The notes: generated by a model from the sequence alone, not told the origin. Positions 1 through 10,396 are shown, numbered from the stretch's first letter. The stretch: DNA of 64,000 nt from a bacterium (GCA_963674695.2 CAXXGI010000001.1:384001-448000); one strand, 5' to 3'. Made by a program: numbers and translations.

Positions 1-1699
1 CCACGGGAATACCAAGCGCGGGGTCGAGGATCGCTGCATCGAGCACCTTCAAGGTCAAGAGCGACGAGGCCTGCTCGATCCATCCCGCCTTGATGAGGAC
101 CGTGACTACGACGGCCACGACCTGCCGCTGCGTCGGGTCGACCGCATTCGACATGCGCTCGCGAAAGTCGGTCACCCAGGACGCAAGAAGCTCCCCCTGA
201 AACGACCCCTTCTTGATCCCCTGAAAAACGGCTGTGAGATCGGCGACGGCCGCCGCTGTCCGATCCGCCTGCCCCACCTCGTAGGGCAACAGGCGAACGC
301 GCGGGTCGATGAAATGGTCGACATGCCAGTCGCTCTTCTTCACGCGCCGCTGCATATCGATGATCGCCCGCGCGCGATCGAGACGAACGCCTCGTTCACG
401 ATCGGTCGCGGATGCAACCTGCGCAACCGCTTCATTGCACGCCTCGGTGTACCAGGCATAGCGGGAGATATGAATATCATCGTGCTTCAAATGTTGCACA
501 ACCGATGCTTCAAAATCTGCATCAAGCGGAAACCGATACCAAAGACGAACAGCGGCATTTCCGCCACCCTGCGGCAGAAAGTCGCGCCTCACACACAGCA
601 GCCACAGCCCGAAATCACGCAGCTCAGAAGACCTGTTCCGTCTGAGCTCGTTTATCACAAAACCATCATCTTTGTGGCGAGTCATGATCTTCGCCATACG
701 CTTGATGCTCTCAAAGCAATGCGGATACCGTTCGACGACACTCCCGAAAAAGGATGCCGCACTCTCCTCAATCTCCTGCACCTTCCTCTCCGCTGAAGAT
801 GGAGATCTGCGCCCAAACGAGTGGAAGGAAACATGCTGTCTCGCGTTCTCGCGCAACGCATCTCGTATCGACCACGCCTTGTTTATCAGCCATTCGGCCA
901 GATCGGGATTTTGCCCCAATTCCGGATTATTGAGCAGATTGAAAATCCACTCCACGCCCACCTGCTGCTCCGCACTGGCAATGAATTTCTGCACCGCATC
1001 GGTGTCGGTTGGATCGGCCAACAGGGTGTCACGATAATGCTCGAACAGCTCTTTGGGAGTACCCGTGGTCTCCAACACCTGCACCTTCATCCGTTTTGCA
1101 TCTCGGCTATTCGGCCAAAGACGCGCGAATTCAGCAATCCATCGCCGCTGTCCTTCGGCATCACCCTGCCTTTTAAAATGCTGAATGAGTTTCATCATCA
1201 GCCCATCCGCACGCGAAACCCCCCTCCCGATCGCCTTCCTCACCAGACGCTCGGCCTCGACCGCGTCACCCTTCTCCAAAGCCGCATTCACATCGCGCGT
1301 GAACCGCTTCATGCTGCCGGCCGCATCCTTCCCCTTCTTGACACGGTATGACTTTCTCTTCGCTGCCTGCATCGTCACTTCGGGTATCCTCGATGAACCG
1401 GCGCCACGAACCGCAACATCCACACCCTGCGCCGCGTACATCGAACCGGACGCATCGGAGCGAGGCGCCTCAACCGCCAGGAGGGAGAGATCGAGTCCTT
1501 CCGGAACGCGCGTCAGGTCCGGGCGTGTCGTCCAGACCGGCGGCACGAGCGCCTGAAACTGCTGCCCCAGATCCGCCAGGACCGTCGCGTCCATATCGTC
1601 GAAGCCACCGATTTCCTGGTCCATCTCCAACGAGGTTGCGGTGGCATCGAACGTGCCGATGGGAACAACCGCTCCATTGCCGATAATCCCAACACCCAT
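1..1699 (-). CDS. Hypothetical, probably alpha-helical (TPR-like) protein; 3' end runs off the window
   Basis: Hand translation from ATG 1699 (GGAGGA RBS upstream) gives MGVGIIGNGAVVPIGTFDATATSLEMDQEIGG... and stays open to position 1 (~566 codons). It is absent from the ORF track because there is no stop in the window. Confidence 0.7.
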   Translation of the reverse strand, partial: MGVGIIGNGAVVPIGTFDATATSLEMDQEIGGFDDMDATVLADLGQQFQALVPPVWTTRPDLTRVPEGLDLSLLAVEAPRSDASGSMYAAQGVDVAVRGAGSSRIPEVTMQAAKRKSYRVKKGKDAAGSMKRFTRDVNAALEKGDAVEAERLVRKAIGRGVSRADGLMMKLIQHFKRQGDAEGQRRWIAEFARLWPNSRDAKRMKVQVLETTGTPKELFEHYRDTLLADPTDTDAVQKFIASAEQQVGVEWIFNLLNNPELGQNPDLAEWLINKAWSIRDALRENARQHVSFHSFGRRSPSSAERKVQEIEESAASFFGSVVERYPHCFESIKRMAKIMTRHKDDGFVINELRRNRSSELRDFGLWLLCVRRDFLPQGGGNAAVRLWYRFPLDADFEASVVQHLKHDDIHISRYAWYTEACNEAVAQVASATDRERGVRLDRARAIIDMQRRVKKSDWHVDHFIDPRVRLLPYEVGQADRTAAAVADLTAVFQGIKKGSFQGELLASWVTDFRERMSNAVDPTQRQVVAVVVTVLIKAGWIEQASSLLTLKVLDAAILDPALGIPV

Positions 1700-1919
1700 G
1701 GAAGTCCTCCTCGAACCTGTTGTCCTCTTCCCGTGAAGGGGATGTTTTTTTCATACCCCTTCCCCAAAAAGCAATAAAATATTATGCGACGCTTTAAAAT
1801 GTCATTTTTTCATCCCCGCCACGCTCCCCTTTTGTGCGGAACTCCGGGCTGATGTTGACAACACCCCGTCTTATCCGCAATATCCCCTAAATTTCACCAT
1901 CGCATGGAAGGATGAACCT

Positions 1920-2639
1920 ATGAACGCACTCGCTCTCATCGGCCTTTTGGCCCAAACCGCAGAAACCGTCGTGGAGACCAACGTCAGCGCTGGTCAGCAG
2001 AGTTTCATGCAGCTCGTCCTGAGCGCCAACATCGTGGTGCAACTGACGCTGCTGCTGCTGGTCTTCTTCTCCGTCGTCTCCTGGGCGATCATCGGCAGCA
2101 AGTATCGCCAGCTCAAGAAGAACAAAAAGCGCTCGAACCGATTCTTCCAGTTCTTCTGGCAGGCCAAATCGGTCGACGCGATCGTCGCTAAGGGCAACTT
2201 TCGCGTCAGCCCCGCCTTCAACATCTTTAAGGTGGGCGTGGATACGGTGCGCGACAATCGGGATCCGCGCGCCGCGCAGGTCGTGGAGAAGGAGATCAAG
2301 CGCGCCACCGAAGACGAGATCGAGCAGATGGAATACGGCATTCCGTTTCTGGCCACGACCGCCAGCGCCTGCCCGTTTTTGGGTCTCTTCGGAACGGTCT
2401 GGGGCGTACTCTTCGCCTTCTGGAAGATCGGGCGCACGGGCACGTCGAGCCTGGCGATCATCGGACCCCATCTGGCCGAGGCGCTTTTGACCACCGCCAT
2501 CGGACTCATCGCCGCCATTCCGGCGATCATCTTCTATAACTATTACGTCACGCGCGTACGTGTGATGTCGAAGGATCTCTCCGATTTCGCCGATGACCTG
2601 AACACACGCATCGATCGCGAATATTTCAGCGCCGTCTGA
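1920..2639 (+). CDS. tolQ: TolQ (MotA/TolQ/ExbB proton channel)
   Basis: Motifs FLATTASACPFLGLFGTVWG and AEALLTTAIGLIAAIPA; first gene of the tolQRAB cluster. Confidence 0.93.
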   Translation: MNALALIGLLAQTAETVVETNVSAGQQSFMQLVLSANIVVQLTLLLLVFFSVVSWAIIGSKYRQLKKNKKRSNRFFQFFWQAKSVDAIVAKGNFRVSPAFNIFKVGVDTVRDNRDPRAAQVVEKEIKRATEDEIEQMEYGIPFLATTASACPFLGLFGTVWGVLFAFWKIGRTGTSSLAIIGPHLAEALLTTAIGLIAAIPAIIFYNYYVTRVRVMSKDLSDFADDLNTRIDREYFSAV

Positions 2640-2651
2640 CGAGGAATACCC

Positions 2652-3113
2652 ATGGCCATCACCGTTCGCTCGCACAACTCGCTGCAGTCGATGATCAACG
2701 TGACCCCCTTGGTCGACGTAGCGCTCACCCTTCTCATCGTCTTCATGATGACGGCACCCATGCTGCAACAGGGGCTTCCGGTGAACCTGCCCGAAGCGGC
2801 CGCGCCCGCGCTCAAGCGCAGCAAGGCGGACGTGATCCTGACCGTCCAGTCCGGCGGCAAGATCTTCATCGGCGATGACCAGGAGACCATTCCGCTCGAC
2901 GAACTCGAGGGACGGCTGGGCGCGCTCTATTCAGCCAAGCAGGAGAAGGATCTCTTCGTCAAGGCCGACAGCGAACTGCTCTACGGCACGGTGGTGAAAA
3001 TCATGTCGATCGCGAAACGCGCGGGGGTCGACCGCATCGGCATGATCACCCAGCCGGAATCCGAAGCTCCCCCCACGTCGAACGCAACCCCAGGAACCAC
3101 ATCATCCTCGTGA
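2652..3113 (+). CDS. tolR: TolR (ExbD/TolR family)
   Basis: INVTPLVDVALTLLIVFMMTAPM transmembrane motif; KADSELLYGTVVKIM. Confidence 0.93.
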   Translation: MAITVRSHNSLQSMINVTPLVDVALTLLIVFMMTAPMLQQGLPVNLPEAAAPALKRSKADVILTVQSGGKIFIGDDQETIPLDELEGRLGALYSAKQEKDLFVKADSELLYGTVVKIMSIAKRAGVDRIGMITQPESEAPPTSNATPGTTSSS

Positions 3114-3976
3114 GGGCGAAACCGCACGTGAGAATGCTCTCGCACAAAGCGCCCCCGCTCAAGGGGGCCTTCATCATCTCGGCCATCGTCCATGTGGCGA
3201 TGTTTACCACCCTTGTGGCCGCACCGAAGCTGTTGCTCCCGATCAGCGAACGCCCGATGCGCATCGACGTCATGTGGGTGGAACTGCCGCGCGGCACGAG
3301 CGACGATATCGGGCTGGGCATCAAGAAATCGGAAACCCTTCCCCGCAGCACGATCGAGGAACAGAAGAAACTCTTCGAACCGGAAGGTACGGATCAGAAG
3401 GTCTCGCAGAAGATGCTCGAACCGAAGATGAAGGCTCCGCCGGAAAAACCCAAACCGAAGGAAAAGACAAAACGCCCCGAGATCCCCATCTCGAAGAAGA
3501 TGGCGGTGAAGAAGACCAAGCCCCGCCGCCGCAGCGCCATCGATAATGCCCTGGCCAAGATCGATCGGCAACTTTCGCGCCGCGTCGTCCCGGAGGCCGC
3601 GCAGGTCGACAAGAACAACGAGGGATATAAATACGGCACCAGCAACAAACCGCTGCGGGTCAAACCCTCGAACCCGGAATACATCAAATACCAGGCGATG
3701 GTGCGCGCCAAGATCATCCGCCAGTGGATCGTCCCCTCCCGCTTCACCGAGGAGGGGCAGGGCAGTTTCAACGCACGACTCGAAGTGCTCGTGAACACCG
3801 ACGGCGATGTCACCTCGATTCGCTGGGCCTCCCCCTCGGGGAACGCCACCTTCGACCAATCGGCAGTGCGCGCCGTGCGCAAGGCCTCGCCCTTCCCCAA
3901 ACCCCCCGACATCCTCGCCTGGGAGGCCTACAATGAGGGATTCCTCATCGAATTCGATCCGAGACTGAAACGATAG
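3110..3976 (+). CDS. tolA: TolA / TonB C-terminal domain protein
   Basis: N-terminal TM with SxxxH (ISAIVHV), Lys/Pro-rich linker, C-terminal SGNATFDQSAVRAVRKASPFPKPP; lies between tolR and tolB. Confidence 0.85.
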   Translation: MRAKPHVRMLSHKAPPLKGAFIISAIVHVAMFTTLVAAPKLLLPISERPMRIDVMWVELPRGTSDDIGLGIKKSETLPRSTIEEQKKLFEPEGTDQKVSQKMLEPKMKAPPEKPKPKEKTKRPEIPISKKMAVKKTKPRRRSAIDNALAKIDRQLSRRVVPEAAQVDKNNEGYKYGTSNKPLRVKPSNPEYIKYQAMVRAKIIRQWIVPSRFTEEGQGSFNARLEVLVNTDGDVTSIRWASPSGNATFDQSAVRAVRKASPFPKPPDILAWEAYNEGFLIEFDPRLKR

Positions 3977-4027
3977 GATGTGAAAAAAGGCGTTGAATCG
4001 CGCCCTCGCATATACGATAGTCCGATC

Positions 4028-5302
4028 ATGAAAAAACTTATCATCCTTGTCCTGGCGCTCATCGCCTTCACCGCCACCACCGCTCACGCGCGCATCTACA
4101 TTCCGATCGATCAGCCGGCCGATCAGAAGTTTCCAATTGCCATTCCGGACATCAGCACCGGCATGGGAAAGAAGATCGCCGACATCATTCGCAACGACAT
4201 GACGCTCTCGGGCTATTTCCGCCTGATCCCAATCTCGGCCATCAAGGCCGTCGCCAAAAAAGAGGGAATCACCGCCGAGTCGATGAACTTCTCCTTTTGG
4301 AAGGCGGTCGAAGCGCAGGGCGTGGTCAAGGGCGAGGTCAAACGCAAGAGCGGCAAACTCATGGTCACGCTGCGCCTCTTTGACCCCTATCTCGGCGAAA
4401 TGCTGGTGGGCAAACAGTACAAGGCCGACAAAAAGCATCTGCGCGAAATCGCCCACCGTTTCTCCGACGAGATCATGGAGGCGCTCACCGGTATCCGCGG
4501 CGTCTTCAATACCAAGATCGCTTATTCGGCCGTCACCGGAAAGGGGCGCAAAGAGATCTTCGTCATGGACATGGATGGGTTCAATCCCGCTGCGATCACC
4601 AAGAACAAATCGATCAATATCAGCCCGAGTTGGTCGCCGGACGGCAAACAACTCGTCTTCACGTCCTACATGCGCGGAAACCCCGACCTCTACATCATGA
4701 AGCTGGGCGGACGCGGTTTGCGCAAGATCTCACCGGGGTCGGGCTCGAACATCACGCCGGCCTGGCAGCCGACGGGAAAACTCATCGCGTTCGCCTCATC
4801 GGTAAAGGGCACCTCCAACCTCTATACGATCGCGGCGCGCGGCCGAAAGATGCGCCCGCTCACGCGCAGCTCCACGATCGACATCGCCCCCTCCTGGGCC
4901 CCCGACGGTCAGCAGCTCGTCTTCTCCTCCGAACGCGCGGGAGGACTCCACCTCTTCCGCACCTCCTTGGGCGGCGGGGTCAACCGGCTCACCTATGTAG
5001 GGTATCAGAACGACATGCCGGACTGGTCCCCGATGGGCGACAAGATCGTCTTCGCCGGACGCGACATGGGCGCCTTCGACATCTTCATCATGAACGACGA
5101 CGGCAGCAACATCCAGCGGCTCACGATCGGAGCGGGCAACAACGAACACCCGACCTTCTCGCCGGACGGCCGCTTCGTCACCTTCTCCTCCACGCGCGAA
5201 GGGGCGGCATCGATCTTCATGATGCGCGCAGACGGCTCGAACCAGACGCGCATCTCCAAGGGGAATGGTCTCCTGCCCAGCTGGGGTCCGCAGGTGAAGT
5301 AG
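4028..5302 (+). CDS. tolB: TolB beta-propeller protein
   Basis: Signal peptide, TolB N-domain (IAHRFSDEIMEALTG) and repeated PD40 motifs (PSWSPDGKQLVF, PSWAPDGQQLVFSS, PTFSPDGRFVTFSS). Confidence 0.95.
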   Translation: MKKLIILVLALIAFTATTAHARIYIPIDQPADQKFPIAIPDISTGMGKKIADIIRNDMTLSGYFRLIPISAIKAVAKKEGITAESMNFSFWKAVEAQGVVKGEVKRKSGKLMVTLRLFDPYLGEMLVGKQYKADKKHLREIAHRFSDEIMEALTGIRGVFNTKIAYSAVTGKGRKEIFVMDMDGFNPAAITKNKSINISPSWSPDGKQLVFTSYMRGNPDLYIMKLGGRGLRKISPGSGSNITPAWQPTGKLIAFASSVKGTSNLYTIAARGRKMRPLTRSSTIDIAPSWAPDGQQLVFSSERAGGLHLFRTSLGGGVNRLTYVGYQNDMPDWSPMGDKIVFAGRDMGAFDIFIMNDDGSNIQRLTIGAGNNEHPTFSPDGRFVTFSSTREGAASIFMMRADGSNQTRISKGNGLLPSWGPQVK

Positions 5303-5346
5303 AAAACTCGTGATATCGTTAATCGTAGTCTCGTAGTATCGTTGAA

Positions 5347-5384
5347 ACGAGACCACGAAACCACGAGACCACGAGACCACGAGA
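5347..5384. repeat. 8-bp tandem repeat (ACGAGACC) x ~4.7
   Basis: acgagacc acgaaacc acgagacc acgagacc acgaga, directly upstream of the ppx ATG. Confidence 0.9.
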
Positions 5385-5385
5385 T

Positions 5386-6288
5386 ATGTACGCATCCATC
5401 GACATCGGTACGAATTCGATTTTGCTCCTCATCGGCGAGCCGAATGATGACGGATCGGTGCAGATCCTGGCCGACCGGGCGGATATCACCCGCCTTGGGG
5501 AGAAGGTGGAAAAGACCGGGAAACTCTCGGATGAAGCGATCAACCGAACGCTGGAGACGCTCGGCGGACTCTGGGAACTGTGCCACCGTCACAAGGTGCA
5601 GCGCATCGCCTGTGTCGGCACCGAGGTCCTGCGCCGAGCACAGAATGCAGCCGACTTCGCCTTCGTCGTCAAGCGCACCTACAATATCGACATCGACATC
5701 ATCACGCCCGAGCGTGAAGCCCAACTCACCTTTCTGGGCGCCACCCGCGATTTCGGCGAGGACAACATCGTCTGCGACATCGGCGGGGGTTCGACCGAAA
5801 TCACCCACCGCGATGACGCGGGTGAGCTCAAATCGGTGAGCCTCCCCATCGGATGCGTGACATTGACCGAACGCTTTCTCAAGAGCGATCCCCCGAAGGA
5901 CAAACAGTGCCTCGCGGCGATCGAGGAAATCCAGAAACGGGTGACGGACATTACACCGAACGGGCGAAGGATGATCGTCACCGCCGGAACCGCAACCACG
6001 CTCATGGCCATGCACCTGGGCCTCGAGAAATACGATGCCGCCCGCGTGCACGGCCAGACTCTCACCGAAGAGATGCTCGCCGACCTCTTCGGACAGCTGC
6101 GCGCAGTCTCGCTTCGCCACCGCAAAAAGATCGTCGGGCTCGATCCGAAGCGCGCCGACGTCATCATCGCCGGGGCCATCATCCTGGATGAACTCATGGA
6201 TCGTCTGGGAAAAGACGAGGTCACGGTGAGCGACCGGGGGGTCAAGTGGGGGCTCTTCTATGAGGCGTTCTGTAAGACCGCTCCCTAG
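5386..6288 (+). CDS. ppx: Ppx/GppA phosphatase family protein
   Basis: Motifs ASIDIGTNS, ITRLGE, DIGGGSTE, RADVIIAGA. Confidence 0.92.
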   Translation: MYASIDIGTNSILLLIGEPNDDGSVQILADRADITRLGEKVEKTGKLSDEAINRTLETLGGLWELCHRHKVQRIACVGTEVLRRAQNAADFAFVVKRTYNIDIDIITPEREAQLTFLGATRDFGEDNIVCDIGGGSTEITHRDDAGELKSVSLPIGCVTLTERFLKSDPPKDKQCLAAIEEIQKRVTDITPNGRRMIVTAGTATTLMAMHLGLEKYDAARVHGQTLTEEMLADLFGQLRAVSLRHRKKIVGLDPKRADVIIAGAIILDELMDRLGKDEVTVSDRGVKWGLFYEAFCKTAP

Positions 6289-6310
6289 CGAACCAAGCAG
6301 AAACCAACGC

Positions 6311-7243
6311 CTATCGCCGCTTCCGATAGAACTCGTTCGAATGCACCGCCAGGTGGGGAAAACCATCCGGCCCCGGAAGGACGAGGCGAAACTTTCCGAA
6401 AAGCGCTCGATCCTCAGGCTTCCACTGCGTGCGCCACACTTCGCCCGGAGCCAACTGAACCGCATTCGGAATCGATAACGTTCCTGCCGGCTCCCACTTT
6501 CCCCGGCGGAAGCGTTCAACGGTGATCGCGCTGTCGAAGGAGCGCGGTGCTCGCGTGATGTTCATCACCTCGACGTCGATGACCTCATCAGGGAGATACA
6601 GGTTGCGATCGGTGATCACCTGCCACTTCGCCCCCTTGCGCATCGCCATGAGCAAACGCCCGGGCCGATCCGGGAGATCCCAACGGCGCACATCGCCCGT
6701 GTCGATATGAACGAAATCGAACGCGGGATAGTATCCCACGCCGCCGACCTTGAGCGAACGGGCGTACGAGGAGACGATCTCCTCGGTCACTTCGTCAAGA
6801 TGGATGTCCGCCGCCCGTCCCTCCAGATGCAGGCTCTCCTCGGAGACATTGACGTTCTTCTCCTTGAGTTCCTTGTTGAGCTTTGGGCTGCGGTAACCCG
6901 AGATAAGTTCCACGCAATCGACGGCGAAATGGTCCTGGAGGTGATCGAGCAGTTCGATGAGTTCGATGTCGATCGGATGTTCCTGTTTGTCCGAGCGCGA
7001 GCGAAAGAGGTATTGAATCTCATCGAGTCCCTTTTGGCGATACCGCTTCCCCTTCCGATAATTCACCTCAATCGCCCGATCCTCGTGGTAGTTGTAGAGG
7101 CAGAGTTTTCCGTCTCCCGCCGAAAACGACGTGGAAATCCTCTGCTTCGGAGAAACATTTTTCACCGGTTGTGCCGATACCGCAACGGCAACAAGGAGCG
7201 AAACACCGATGATAAACAGTGAAATAAAACGGTGGCAAAACAT
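6311..7243 (-). CDS. YcbK/DUF882 (peptidase M15-like) secreted protein with C-terminal extension
   Basis: Motifs ISGYRSPKLN, SLHLEGRAADIH, GGVGYYPAFDFVHIDTGDVRRW; signal peptide from ATG 7243. Confidence 0.88.
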   Translation of the reverse strand: MFCHRFISLFIIGVSLLVAVAVSAQPVKNVSPKQRISTSFSAGDGKLCLYNYHEDRAIEVNYRKGKRYRQKGLDEIQYLFRSRSDKQEHPIDIELIELLDHLQDHFAVDCVELISGYRSPKLNKELKEKNVNVSEESLHLEGRAADIHLDEVTEEIVSSYARSLKVGGVGYYPAFDFVHIDTGDVRRWDLPDRPGRLLMAMRKGAKWQVITDRNLYLPDEVIDVEVMNITRAPRSFDSAITVERFRRGKWEPAGTLSIPNAVQLAPGEVWRTQWKPEDRALFGKFRLVLPGPDGFPHLAVHSNEFYRKRR

Positions 7244-7451
7244 GACTTCTCCTATCCCATGATCCAATAGCAGATATGTCCGGTAAAGAAGGCGGGCGTG
7301 AGCATGATGATGGCCATCACACCGAGCGGATCGCTGATGATCGTCTGGGCTTGTTCCATGGATGAGCTCCTTGAGAGGGCGATGGACAGCAAGCACCTCA
7401 TCAAGAACCCATTCATGTGGGATTGTCAAATGGTTGGGAACAGCCGAGCGA

Positions 7452-7553
7452 TTTTCATTCTGAGCCCTTCGACTCCGCTCAGGGTAAACTCCCGTCGAAG
7501 AATCTCATGAGATCCCTCGACTACGCCCTCCGGGCTTCGCTCGGGATGACAAC
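7452..7553. repeat. REP-like palindromic element (TCATTCTGAGC...GAAGAATCT / CTTCGACTxCGC...ATGACAA)
   Basis: Imperfect inverted arms. Shares the CCCTTCGACT(A/C)CGCTCAGG module with 18513-18530 and the ATGACAA end with the ATTCCC repeats. Confidence 0.65.
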
Positions 7554-7560
7554 GACATAT

Positions 7561-10314
7561 TTATTCCTCTTCTTCTTCAATGCGTGCGGATTTTACGGTG
7601 AAGGGGGCGCAGGCGATGTTGATCTCGTGGATCGTCGCATCAAACATATTGCTCACCACCCCCACGAGCGCCTTACCCTCGTCACACGTGCGCACATCGT
7701 GTCCGGATCCGTCGCGGGTCACCCCTTTCATATTCGTCCACGTCATATAGGCGGGAAGCGTTCCGAGATCAATCGTATCGGCATCCCGAAAGAACGCGAT
7801 CGGCGTGCAGCGCAGGGCCAGACCGCTCAGTCCGTGATAGCTATGACTGGTTCGCGTCTTCGAAATCGTATAGTGATCGGCGGCCACGCCCGTGGCCACA
7901 TGTCCACGCGGACAGGCCATGCGCGTTCCGGCCTCGATGTCATACAGGTTCTGCACATCCTCCGGCCCCGTCATATAGCCGTAGGTCACGTTATTGAATC
8001 CGGGCAAAAAGAATTCCCCCTCACAACGCTGCCCATTACAGCCGGTCCTCGCCGAAAAAATATCGCCGATATCCCGATAGAGCGGCATGAGGGAGGTGAC
8101 CGCATCTCGCGCCGGTTTTGCATTTCCATTCCACCATCGTTCCACCGCAATGCCTGTCATGAGCGGAAGGCCCTCATCGCGCCAGGCATCCCAATCGCCC
8201 GTTGCATCCATTTCAGCGGCACCGTCATTGCCCATCGCCCAGCCCTCGATCGCATGATCGTCCTCGACCGCCAACTCGACCGTCCAGGAGGGATATTTCT
8301 CCTCGTTTTGAATGGGGCGGCACTTGAGCCCCAGGTTGTGGATCATCGTGTCGCCCTCATCCACATATCCCCAGATACCGCTGGCCACGCCCTCCTCGCA
8401 GGAACTGCGATAGCGGGTCGAGAGCCAGTGCGCACAGAACTGCCCCTGGCATTCGGCGCGCTCCTCGATCGGATCGGCCGGTTTGGCGCGATGATCGTCG
8501 TCGCGTCCGCGATCGGCAAGCGTCCCGACGGGCTTGAGAAAGAGGGAGAAGGTCTCGCCGGTGAAGGGGGCCTCCTGCTGCGCGTCATTGATGCGCACGC
8601 GACCGTGGCCGTCCACAGCGATGCACTCGATGCCGAGCGCACCGACGTTGCGTCCGCCGCTGGAATACCCCTTCGTCGCGAAGAGGCGCGAGACGGCATA
8701 GCCCAAGGGGCACAGGCGCGTCTGCTCGCTGCGGCGACTGTCATCGGCATCATCCTGGCCGACAAAAGCGAGCGTATCGTTGCTTCCCACGAGCCCGCCC
8801 TTGCCGTCCTTCGCTTCAAAGCGCGGGGTCCACGACTTACAGACCGGCGCGATGCCGTCGATATCGCCGCCATTGATGAATTTGAATCCGATCAGGAGTT
8901 GTCCATCCGGGCAGGAGGCATCGAAGCGCTTCTTTCCCTCGTTGCTGCCACCGACCGTACTCGGCGCGGTCTCCTCTTCGCCGAGCGCGAGGACGTTGTC
9001 GATCTTCCACTGAGCGAGGCTTTCCTGCAACGCCTTGCACCCCTCATCCCATCCGACCACATCCTGCGCGTGCGCACCCTTGGGATCGAAACGCTGATAC
9101 TGCTTGCCGATCGCATCCGCCTGCATCACCAGGCTCGCGCGCTTGGCCGTGCATTCGCCGATGGCCGTCGTCTCGTCGTTCGGCTTGCCATAAAACCCCT
9201 TCCACGCCTCAAGGATATCGTCCTGTGCGCGAAGCGCCTCGTTGCACTGATCATCCGCCTTCTGCTCGCACCCATCGGTGCGATGATTGGTCTCATCCTT
9301 GACGGTCGTCTCCAGCGCTTCGAGCGCGGCCTTCTCGATTGTGAGATCAGCCAGCCGCGTCTCGAGCCCGGCGCAGGCCGAGCCGTCGTCGGAGAGCGCT
9401 GGCGCCGCTTCCACCTCGGCGATCGTCACCGACATGCCAGAAAACCGCGGAAGTTCCGTGGGCAATGCAGTGAGGCTCGAACGCTGTGCCTCGCATGCGA
9501 TCACCGTGCGTTCGGCCGAAATGGGATGTTCCTGCTTGAGCAGACGTCTCCCGCCCATGATCCAGACAAAGGCATACTCCTTGGCATCGTCCCAACGTTG
9601 CGGCTGATGGCACGCGCTCACCTCTTGCGAGGAAACCGCCTTCTGAAACGGCTCGAAGTAGATATCGTCCGCGATGCGATCCCAATCCTGCATCACCCGT
9701 CCGAAACGCATGCCCACCTGCTCAAAACGCGCATCCGTCTCGCGCACCGTCTCGACGATGCGCGCACCGATCTCGGCGAGCGCGTGGCGATCCCAGCAGT
9801 CGTCGCCCTTGCTCGCGCCCATGACGCACTCGGGGAGCATCGCATCGCCCTGTTCACAGCGCCCAAGTTTTGCGGCCAGTTCGGCGATCTCCTCTTTTGA
9901 AGCCTCATGACTGCGAATCGTTCCGGAGGCCAGGATCTCGCTGCAGGAACGCGCAGCGCAGGCCACATCGCGCTTGGCCACCAGGCCGTCGGCGGCGAAG
10001 AGCTGTTCGCGCAAATCGGCGACATCGCCTTCGAGTTCCTCGACATCGCCGCGCATGCGTTCGCAGCGGCGGACCCCGGCTTCGTCGTCGTCATCGTCAT
10101 CGATGACATCATCGTCGTCATCGTCACCGAGATCGACCGTTCCCGGCTCACCGCAGAGCGGACCGACGCAGAGATCGGGGGCATCGATGACGATGGTGTC
10201 GTCAGAGATATCCAGGCCGAGATCACCCTCGCCGCCGACACCGTTTCCGGCGCTACAGGCTGAGAGCAGGGTCAAAGAGAGGACGAAGAGAAAGAGAATG
10301 ACGAGTTGCCGCAT
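7561..10314 (-). CDS. Large Cys-rich lipoprotein, paralog 1 (acidic linker, coiled coil, C-terminal beta-prism/VMO-I-like repeats)
   Basis: GGAGG RBS and lipobox LSAC; poly-Asp tract; repeated CPxGxxxxG...C motifs (SCPDGQLLIG, LCPLGYAVS, ACPRGHVATG, TCDEGKALVG). Confidence 0.85.
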   Translation of the reverse strand: MRQLVILFLFVLSLTLLSACSAGNGVGGEGDLGLDISDDTIVIDAPDLCVGPLCGEPGTVDLGDDDDDDVIDDDDDDEAGVRRCERMRGDVEELEGDVADLREQLFAADGLVAKRDVACAARSCSEILASGTIRSHEASKEEIAELAAKLGRCEQGDAMLPECVMGASKGDDCWDRHALAEIGARIVETVRETDARFEQVGMRFGRVMQDWDRIADDIYFEPFQKAVSSQEVSACHQPQRWDDAKEYAFVWIMGGRRLLKQEHPISAERTVIACEAQRSSLTALPTELPRFSGMSVTIAEVEAAPALSDDGSACAGLETRLADLTIEKAALEALETTVKDETNHRTDGCEQKADDQCNEALRAQDDILEAWKGFYGKPNDETTAIGECTAKRASLVMQADAIGKQYQRFDPKGAHAQDVVGWDEGCKALQESLAQWKIDNVLALGEEETAPSTVGGSNEGKKRFDASCPDGQLLIGFKFINGGDIDGIAPVCKSWTPRFEAKDGKGGLVGSNDTLAFVGQDDADDSRRSEQTRLCPLGYAVSRLFATKGYSSGGRNVGALGIECIAVDGHGRVRINDAQQEAPFTGETFSLFLKPVGTLADRGRDDDHRAKPADPIEERAECQGQFCAHWLSTRYRSSCEEGVASGIWGYVDEGDTMIHNLGLKCRPIQNEEKYPSWTVELAVEDDHAIEGWAMGNDGAAEMDATGDWDAWRDEGLPLMTGIAVERWWNGNAKPARDAVTSLMPLYRDIGDIFSARTGCNGQRCEGEFFLPGFNNVTYGYMTGPEDVQNLYDIEAGTRMACPRGHVATGVAADHYTISKTRTSHSYHGLSGLALRCTPIAFFRDADTIDLGTLPAYMTWTNMKGVTRDGSGHDVRTCDEGKALVGVVSNMFDATIHEINIACAPFTVKSARIEEEEE

Positions 10315-10334
10315 AGGAATTTCCTCCATTCCTA

Positions 10335-10396
10335 TTATCGGCTGTAGGGGGGTGCAGAAGTGCCTTGAAACGGGGAAAGCGTGGACGAAAGAGAAC
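10335..10396 (-). promoter_or_regulatory. sigma28-like promoter with upstream GTGGAC-N4-GAGAAC box
   Basis: Minus strand CACTT-N15-GCCGATAA (10362-10335); box at 10381-10396. Confidence 0.65.

Noticed and set aside
1679-1686. GCCGATAA as a sigma28 promoter for tolQ
   Set aside because: It lies inside the opposite-strand ORF, has no matching -35 or box at the expected spacing, and is ~230 bp from tolQ.
7417-9900. Long antisense ORFs (827 aa here; also 2981-4651, 11444-13201, 53432-55933, 57362-59500)
   Set aside because: Shadow frames opposite well-supported genes in GC-rich DNA, with no motifs of their own.
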